In this document: piece by piece, positions 12,121 through 20,000 of the stretch
Position numbering within the stretch: the stretch's first letter is position 1
Layout of the letters: every line of letters begins with the position of its first letter
Origin: Euglena gracilis
Lineage: Eukaryota
NCBI GenBank assembly: GCA_039621445.1
Contig: CP154954.1
Coordinates: 4,187,497 to 4,207,496 of the forward strand
Reading direction: 5' to 3'
DNA: 20,000 nt
Notes under the pieces: generated by a model
Seen by the model: only the letters and a program-made list of their open reading frames with translations
Told to the model about the DNA's origin: nothing
The model's database searches: none
Made by a program: the position numbers and the translations under genes

Positions 12121-12622
12121 CATTCAGACAGCTGCCATGTTAGAGTATTGCAGGCAGGAAGACCTAAGTAACGCCAAAGTAGCTGAAGCTAACTAGAATG
12201 GAAATTTGGAAACAGGGCGTCGCCTGAGGACCCCCCACAGGGGGTGCAACTGGAAAATTCGAGCTGGCTAGACAAAGGCTGTTGGGTCGAACTGGGATGA
12301 GGCTTAGGCGACGCCTTGCCCGGAATGCGAAGAGACACTTCGCCTAACAACGAGGGGAGTGAACAGATATGGAGATATGGGTCATGCGCGGATGGGGTGT
12401 TTTACACCTGGCGTGGACACGGCAATAGTGTGGGCACGGCAATAGCAACCAGGGCACGGTGTCTTAGGGGAGACTGAATGACAGCTGCAAGCCTCGCATC
12501 GCTGTTGAGAGGTGGTCATTAGCAGGATAATCAGAGCAAGAGGCACCATTCGTTGCTATCTGTAATTATACGTAATTGCAACAGTGCTGGTGCTGACTGG
12601 GGACACCTACCCAGTCTACAGC
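12121..12622 (+). ncRNA. Candidate large structured RNA of unknown class
   Basis: Nested and serial helices, including a 16-bp stem (12213-12228/12303-12318) whose only non-Watson-Crick pairs are G-U on the + strand. It lies in the longest gap of the ORF track. No known family is recognised. Confidence 0.4.
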
Positions 12623-12689
12623 CAATGAGAGCAGAAAGATTGATCGTAGTATTGCCTCAAAAAGCCCACAAGAAGTAAAATGTCACAGA

Positions 12690-13110
12690 AAAATGACTAA
12701 ATCAGCCAGAAGCAGCCAGAAGCAGCCAGAAGCAGCAAAGCAGCATGAAAAAAAGGCACAAAAGGCTAAACCAAGTCAAAAAAAAATCCAAATGGCCACA
12801 AAACAGCTGAAAGCAGCCAAAAACAGCCAGAAATGGCCAAATGTGGGCTAAAATGGGAAGCAGCCAAAATAGTCAGAAGCAGCCAAAAGTGACCAAATGC
12901 AACCAAAAGCAATCAGAAATGGCCAAATATGACAAAACAAGTGGGCTAAAGGAGGCCAAAATTGCCCAAACAGCAGCGAGAAGCAGTAGAAGTAGTAGAA
13001 GAAGCCGAATCCAATGCACCCGGATGCAGCATAATTGCCAAAAATGGCCTCAGCAACCAAGAAGTGGTCCGTGTTGCCAAAAATGGCTTCAACAATAAAA
13101 AAAAATGGCT
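12690..13110 (+). repeat. Degenerate 10-bp-period minisatellite (consensus approximately AAAGCAGCCA / AAAATGGCCA)
   Basis: atcagccaga agcagccaga agcagccaga...aagcagccaa aaacagccag aaatggccaa...cagccaaaat agtcagaagc agccaaaagt gaccaaatgc aaccaaaagc. Confidence 0.85.
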
Positions 13111-13811
13111 TGCCCGTACCTATCCACAATTATTCATATTTGCGGGTTTTGGGCTTATCCGTAAATATTTGTAATCATCCGTAATGTTCTGTTTCGGCAT
13201 TAGCACCAATCCCTGACACATACCACTGAAATTTTTTTGTAAAAAAATACAATGAAAGAGGCAAAAGTACTTTGGTCAAATATGGTCTGCGTTGCAATTC
13301 ATTCATGTCCAGGAAACAACCACTTCAAATTAAATGTGGATGAAGGTTAATATACTTTTGAATTATATATTACAGAATCAGAAGCCAGGCTCCTTGTTTT
13401 GTGGGCTAATAGTGGTGGGTAGGTTGAAAATCAGCTGTCACGGGGGGAGGGGTATAACTTGGGTGGGTTCGCAAAATGGCTCCAAGAAACTGGTCCGCGG
13501 GGTGGCGTGCTGCTGCTCCATTGCACCCATGGGGTTCATTGCGCCTACCTTCATTATTGTAACGTATGTCATACAACCACCGGGGTAAACCGGAGCTATC
13601 TGGATTTCCATTCCTCTCAACTCTGAAAACGGACTTATAATTTCGGGGGGGGGGGCATTTGCCCAGCTTTCAACATTCAAATTCATGGTGTAAAAATGCG
13701 CTGGTTCGCTTGGGTTTATTTCACAATCTGGGCATCGGCGCTTTTGGAAGGGCCTTCTTTGAAAACGTGACATGAAAAATGCCTGGCTTCTTGTGGCAAA
13801 AGCTGACAATT

Positions 13812-14179
13812 GCGGTTTTCCCCACATCATACTGAGGTTGCCATATTAAAATAACTCAATAAAAAGTAAAGCATGCAGAATAAAAGGATAAAAAATAAAG
13901 TAGCAGAATCAAAAATCAGAAAAAAATGCGAGGGGATAAGAAAGGATGATGGACAATGAGAATGACTGGAAAAGAGAAGCAACACATGTGAACTTGTAGC
14001 TCTGAAAAGAATGTGGCAAACATGGCCCGCACGTTGGCTATATGGCTACCGAGCTGTGATGTGGAAAAGCGGTGGAGGGAAAACATGGGAATGGCCAACC
14101 GCTGGAATATAAAGGCCAAAGCCATATTGGCCACAGCAGCCCTTTCCAACAATGGGTGGGTGGATGCCAAACTGACTGG
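13812..14179 (-). repeat. Dispersed repeat family R1, copy 2 (inverted relative to copy 1)
   Basis: Same alignment as copy 1. This copy carries about 25 extra nt (ttttccacatcacagctcggtagc on the - strand) that copy 1 lacks. Confidence 0.93.
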
Positions 14180-15020
14180 AAATTGGAGGCAAATTTGTAT
14201 TATAATCAAATTTGACACAGCATGGTTGGTCGTCCGGAAAGGCTCAGAGGTCGATGTTAACGTTAAGAATTACAATAATAAAATTTAGTAGAAACTTGGA
14301 AACAGAAAATGGCTGTAGCTCAGTAGCTCAGTGGAAAGAGTCTGACATTTGAGAAACCCAGATTCGAGCGCCGGCAACCACCCATTTTTGGCCATTTTTT
14401 TATACATTCTAAACACATTACCATCAAAAAATGATGAATTCAAATAATAATGGCAACTGAAAAAATAAATGAGATATATTCTAGATTCAACAGTTGAACA
14501 CAACTACCCAAAAAAGCCAAACCAATCACAAGAAAGCCAGACCAATGAGGACAAACCTTATCTTCCATCTCTTAAATCACCAGTGCAGGGTGCAGGAGTG
14601 GGGGCTCAGGTAACCAAAAGTGAGGATTCCAAATTTTCTTCCCCCCCCGCCTCCAATTTGCATTTTATTTGGGGCGGAGGGAAAAAATGATGGGGTTTAG
14701 GGGGAGGTGAGGAGCGCGTGTCTGGGGTGTTTGTCAAGGCGTGTGCAGGCTGCAGGGGAAATGGTGTCCAGCGGGGGAAGGGTCTGTGTCCCAGGAAGGG
14801 TCCGGAGACCCCACCGAATTTGCCGTGGGGATGAGTCTCTACCGACAGACCACATCACAGACCCACCACCACCACCGCCCCAACCACCGCCGCCGGTGGC
14901 TTCTTCGGGGGCGTTCAACCCTACCTGCCACACCCTCTCCCCAACAACCGGGTTCTTCAGGGGCCGGGCCCAGGTCCATGCGGAGACCCTCTGGTAAACC
15001 TCCTCCTGAATTCTTTTAGG

Positions 15021-15327
15021 AAGAGCACTTGGAAAGGCCCATACACATGCTTCCATCAAAAATGATCCCGGATGATTCTGGGTCTAGGTCTGTTGCATTA
15101 CAACTGGCTGCTCCAGCGTAGCGGGTGTGTTGCAAGTAATGGGTGGGGTCGACCCCCAATCTGGTCGACCATCCCCAGCAGGTTCCCGTGTAGGCTTCCC
15201 CGCCCTTCCCCGCCCCCAGCCCTGGCAGACCCACCAACTATCCCCATCTCTCTCGCTTTTTGTGTCTGGAATTCTTTATCTGCTGGGTTCTGGGGGGACC
15301 CACAAGGCTTTTGGGGTCTACTGTTGG
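15021..15327 (+). repeat. Composite dispersed repeat R2, copy 2 (modules A-inverted B-C)
   Basis: See copy 1. Shared stretch in module A: cttccatcaaaaatgat....gatgattctggg. Confidence 0.85.
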
Positions 15328-15418
15328 CGTTTTCTCCGGCCGGGCAATCGCCATGGACAACTGCGTGGTTGCGAAATCCGCTGGGTGGGACAGAGGGAGA
15401 AAGGTTGCCCCACCCTGT

Positions 15419-15770
15419 GGAATAGAAGCCCCCGGGGGCTACTATTCGGAAAGTTGGTAGAAAATCGGGGGGGGGGGGCTTCTATTTGGGGGGTCACTAT
15501 TCGGAAAAATGGTTTGTGGGTCTACGTATCCTACCTTTCCAAACCATGTCAAATTTGCTGCAAATATACTCTTGTGGATGGATTGGATCAGAAAGTTTAA
15601 ATTCACCCAATCCTCATTTAACCAATGGCTGAAGGAGCCAAAGCACTTGCCGTCTCAATTCACACACAACCCACGGGGAGCGGCCTACTATTCGGCGGTG
15701 GGGGGGGGCACTATTCGGAACGTTGGTCGAAAACCGAAGGGGGCGGCTTCTATTCGGGGGGCACTATTTT
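15419..15770. mobile_element. Two degenerate remnants of a DNA-transposon/MITE end with repeated ctattcgg motifs
   Basis: 15434-15510 and about 15695-15770 are diverged direct copies (ctattcggaa.gttggt.gaaaa.cg...ggcttctatt.gggggg.cactatt). aatagaagccccc (15421-15433) is inverted relative to gggggcttctatt. The pattern resembles subterminal repeats of pogo/Tc1-type MITEs (from recall). Confidence 0.5.
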
Positions 15771-18122
15771 CTCCCTCACCTCCCCACTCCCCCCCACCGA
15801 CGCGTGAGTGCCATTTTTTCAAGGGAGATGGCAAAAATAGGTGAATCTTTGGCCGTGCCCCCCCCGCCCCCCCCTCCCCCCTGCCCCCCCCCTGCCGTCC
15901 ACTAACCCCCTCTTTCTGAAAATTTTTCATTCTTCGACGTTTTTTCCATGAAAAATGGTCTTAAAATGTGATTTTTTTTGGCTGTGCCTGGGGGGGGTCC
16001 TCGGTGGCTGCTGCTGCACCGGGGAGTTGTTGACAGCCTGGTGGCTGCCAGAACGCCATCGTCTGCAATCATGTAATGTGACTGCCGCGGCAAAGCGAAA
16101 ATCCAGGAGCGGCAGGGGCTTTTGTGGATTGACCATCGACGTGCTGACATCGCTGGTGGCCATGAGCCATGATGTGCTCTCGGTTAACCACTTACCCCCC
16201 CCCGAATATGGGGTGGAGGGGTGTTTCTGTCACAGCATGTAGCCTACCGAACAGGATGCACCACCTGAGACGGGAATTTCTGCACTCTGAAATAGTTTGT
16301 ATGAATAATTCACAATGGTTGGCATGGAAATGTTTCTAAAATTTGCGATTCTGTAAACTTCTGGTAACCTGGTTCTGGAATCGGTTTTCCATTTTCTCCA
16401 CTGTGTTGTTTCAAATTAGATATTATATGTATCCAAAATACCAACCTTTTCATTTTTATATAGACCGGAAGCATGTACGCCCCCCACAATTTTGACAACG
16501 CAGCCGTAGAGAACAAAGTACCAGGGGCAGCAACCCCCCCGGATCCCTTTACCCCCCCCCGCCCTCCCCCAAATAACAATCAAAATGCCACTTTCAGGCC
16601 TTTATTTGCGCAAAGAATTTCTTACGGTGAACAGGGATTTTTGGGGGGGGTTTACGCCCACACCCGCCCAACCTCCCCACAACCCGACCCCCACCACCCC
16701 CACTAAGGCAGTGGGGGCGCCAATTTTTTGCAATATATATTAAAACAGGTCCCGCGAGTCGTGAAACAGGCAGATTTTTGTTTTCCAAGATGTGCCCACT
16801 TTTGTAGAAAAACGTTGTGAGCATTCGCACCGACAAAAGAAAGTTGCTTAACTGCGAGTTCCGCCTCCTAAGACCGACTCTGGGGGTGTTACTTCCACTC
16901 TTCCAACAACGAGTCTGTCATTTTTTGAAAAAAAAGAAACTTGTCAGTCAGTCACCCCCCAAAAAAAACAAAAAAGGCCAAAATTTTCTGGGTCATTTTA
17001 ATGATTTATTGTAATGATTTATTTTTTGCTGACCCTCCCCTCCAAAAACCAATTAAATTACTCACCCCTGGGGGAGGGCGCATGGACACAAGGCATCCCC
17101 ACTGTTTCCTCCTGGTACTCTTTTGGGGGTATGCACTTTGCACAATAAGGGAGAAAGGTTGCCCCAAAGCTTTTTTTTCTCAGGTGTACAACCTCCAATT
17201 GCGTGGGAAATGATCCATTGTCAATTATCCATTGCTCAGGCAATGTCTTTGGTGACATAACTTTCGAATAACACAAGGTTTTTTTACTTTGCGTTCCATT
17301 CTCAGGCTGAGACGAAGGTGCTGGGATGTGTCGTCAGCATATGGCACGGGGTCCGTTGGCGCAGTCCCTGGGATCAACGTGACAAAATATTAGCAAATCG
17401 GTTTCTTAGCGAACCTCAAAATTATAAACTGAGTACATTGACTTCAAACAAATTCATTTGAGAAAAAAAAATAAAGCGAAACTACGAAGAACGAACACTA
17501 AACAGCTGGCAAAGGAATGGTGTACGTAACGGCATAACATTTATGACATACACATAAAGAACGAAATGCCCTGACGACCATGCAATAAAAGGAAACGTTA
17601 GAAACAAAAAAAGAGCTGGCCAAGCTTCTCTTGAGTGTGGGGGTGGTGGGTGGGTGGACCACAATAAAACATGTTTCTCATTATTTTGTCACATGCACTC
17701 AGCCATTACTGAACCCGGCGCTGATTCTCCAGCTGTTGCAGACTCAGGAGTAAACCAAAAAAAAAAGAAACTGCTGGTTGGGGGGATGCTGAAAGATGGC
17801 AAATACAACTTGAAAAACAGAAAAATCGGATTGTGGCACCAAGGCTCCTCTGAAAAGACATTGAAGAATTTTCTTGGCATCAAACCAGGGACAGTTGAAC
17901 GAATAGGGGTCATGAACAAAAGAAAGGGTCGCGATTGGCAGAGGCGTGGCATGGGCACCGAGGGAATGGGGAGACTGGCTATCAGCAGCAGGCCGCTTCG
18001 CTGTCCATCCTGCTGGACGGAACGGCACCAAATTGTAAATGGACCAACTACAACCTCCTAAACAAAACGAATGAATGAATACTGCCACTGGGTTCTGGGG
18101 TACTGGGGTACTGGGGGAGAAG

Positions 18123-18150
18123 GAGAGAGAGAGAGAGAGAGAGAGAGAGA
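18123..18150. repeat. (GA)14 microsatellite
   Basis: Uninterrupted GA run of 28 nt. Confidence 0.99.
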
Positions 18151-18422
18151 CGGTTTTTTTCAGCCCCCCCCCCTACCCCCGGGAGGGTGATGCAGAGCTC
18201 GTTTGTAACGGTCTGCACCACACAGACAAGAGCGGTCGGGGACGAGGGTTGGCAGGACGTCCTTCCAAGATGTCCCACCTGCCATCCCTGGGGCGAAAAA
18301 ACCACACACAGATTGACAACACACGCACCCACACCGACTGACAACACACTTCCCCCACAAGCACACACTCTCGGTCGGCAAGGAGTTCCCCCCAAGGAGT
18401 TTCCCCCAACAACATCGATTTC

Positions 18423-20000
<1,578 letters not shown>

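Noticed and set aside
12216-12315. Hammerhead-like arrangement (stem, CTGAGGA, hairpin)
   Set aside because: The hairpin is followed by tgcaa rather than GAAA, and there is no properly placed NUH site.
12127-12540. Group I intron resemblance (agactgaatg, P3-like cagctgcca/tgacagctg)
   Set aside because: The Q, P6 and S elements are not in the required order, there is no rRNA host gene, and the P3-like pairing follows trivially from a repeated palindrome (cagctg).
12841-13174. Short ORFs over the minisatellite
   Set aside because: By-products of the 10-bp repeat.
14431-14460. Box C (atgatga) and box D (ctga) pair
   Set aside because: Only 30 nt long, with no terminal stem and no recognisable guide sequence.
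17571-17605. Possible minimal hammerhead ribozyme (CTGACGA...GAAACGTT) upstream of the PLE
   Set aside because: Stem II is only one pair and no stem I pairing can be formed.

Overview
Repeat-rich, mostly non-coding eukaryotic genomic DNA. The host cannot be named from the sequence. Bases 1-18100 contain no recognisable host gene. They are a mosaic of small TIR elements (MITE-like), dispersed repeats present twice in the window, 10-bp-period degenerate tandem repeats and homopolymer runs. The one clear coding feature is missing from the supplied ORF track because its frame runs off the window end. Directly after a (GA)47 microsatellite (18427-18520), a GC-rich + strand frame encodes a GIY-YIG endonuclease (19209-19511). 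After two +1 frameshifts in G-runs, the reading continues into a segment (FLKFSYSNNG...LCNY...CQC) resembling the pre-RT region of the permuted-domain Naiad/Chlamys clade of Penelope-like retroelements. The RT should therefore lie just beyond base 20000. The main unexplained signals are a ~500-nt densely base-paired, ORF-free segment at 12121-12622 (candidate structured RNA, + strand) and a composite repeat whose middle module is inverted between its two copies (9295-9712 vs 15021-15327). All alignments and folds were done by eye.
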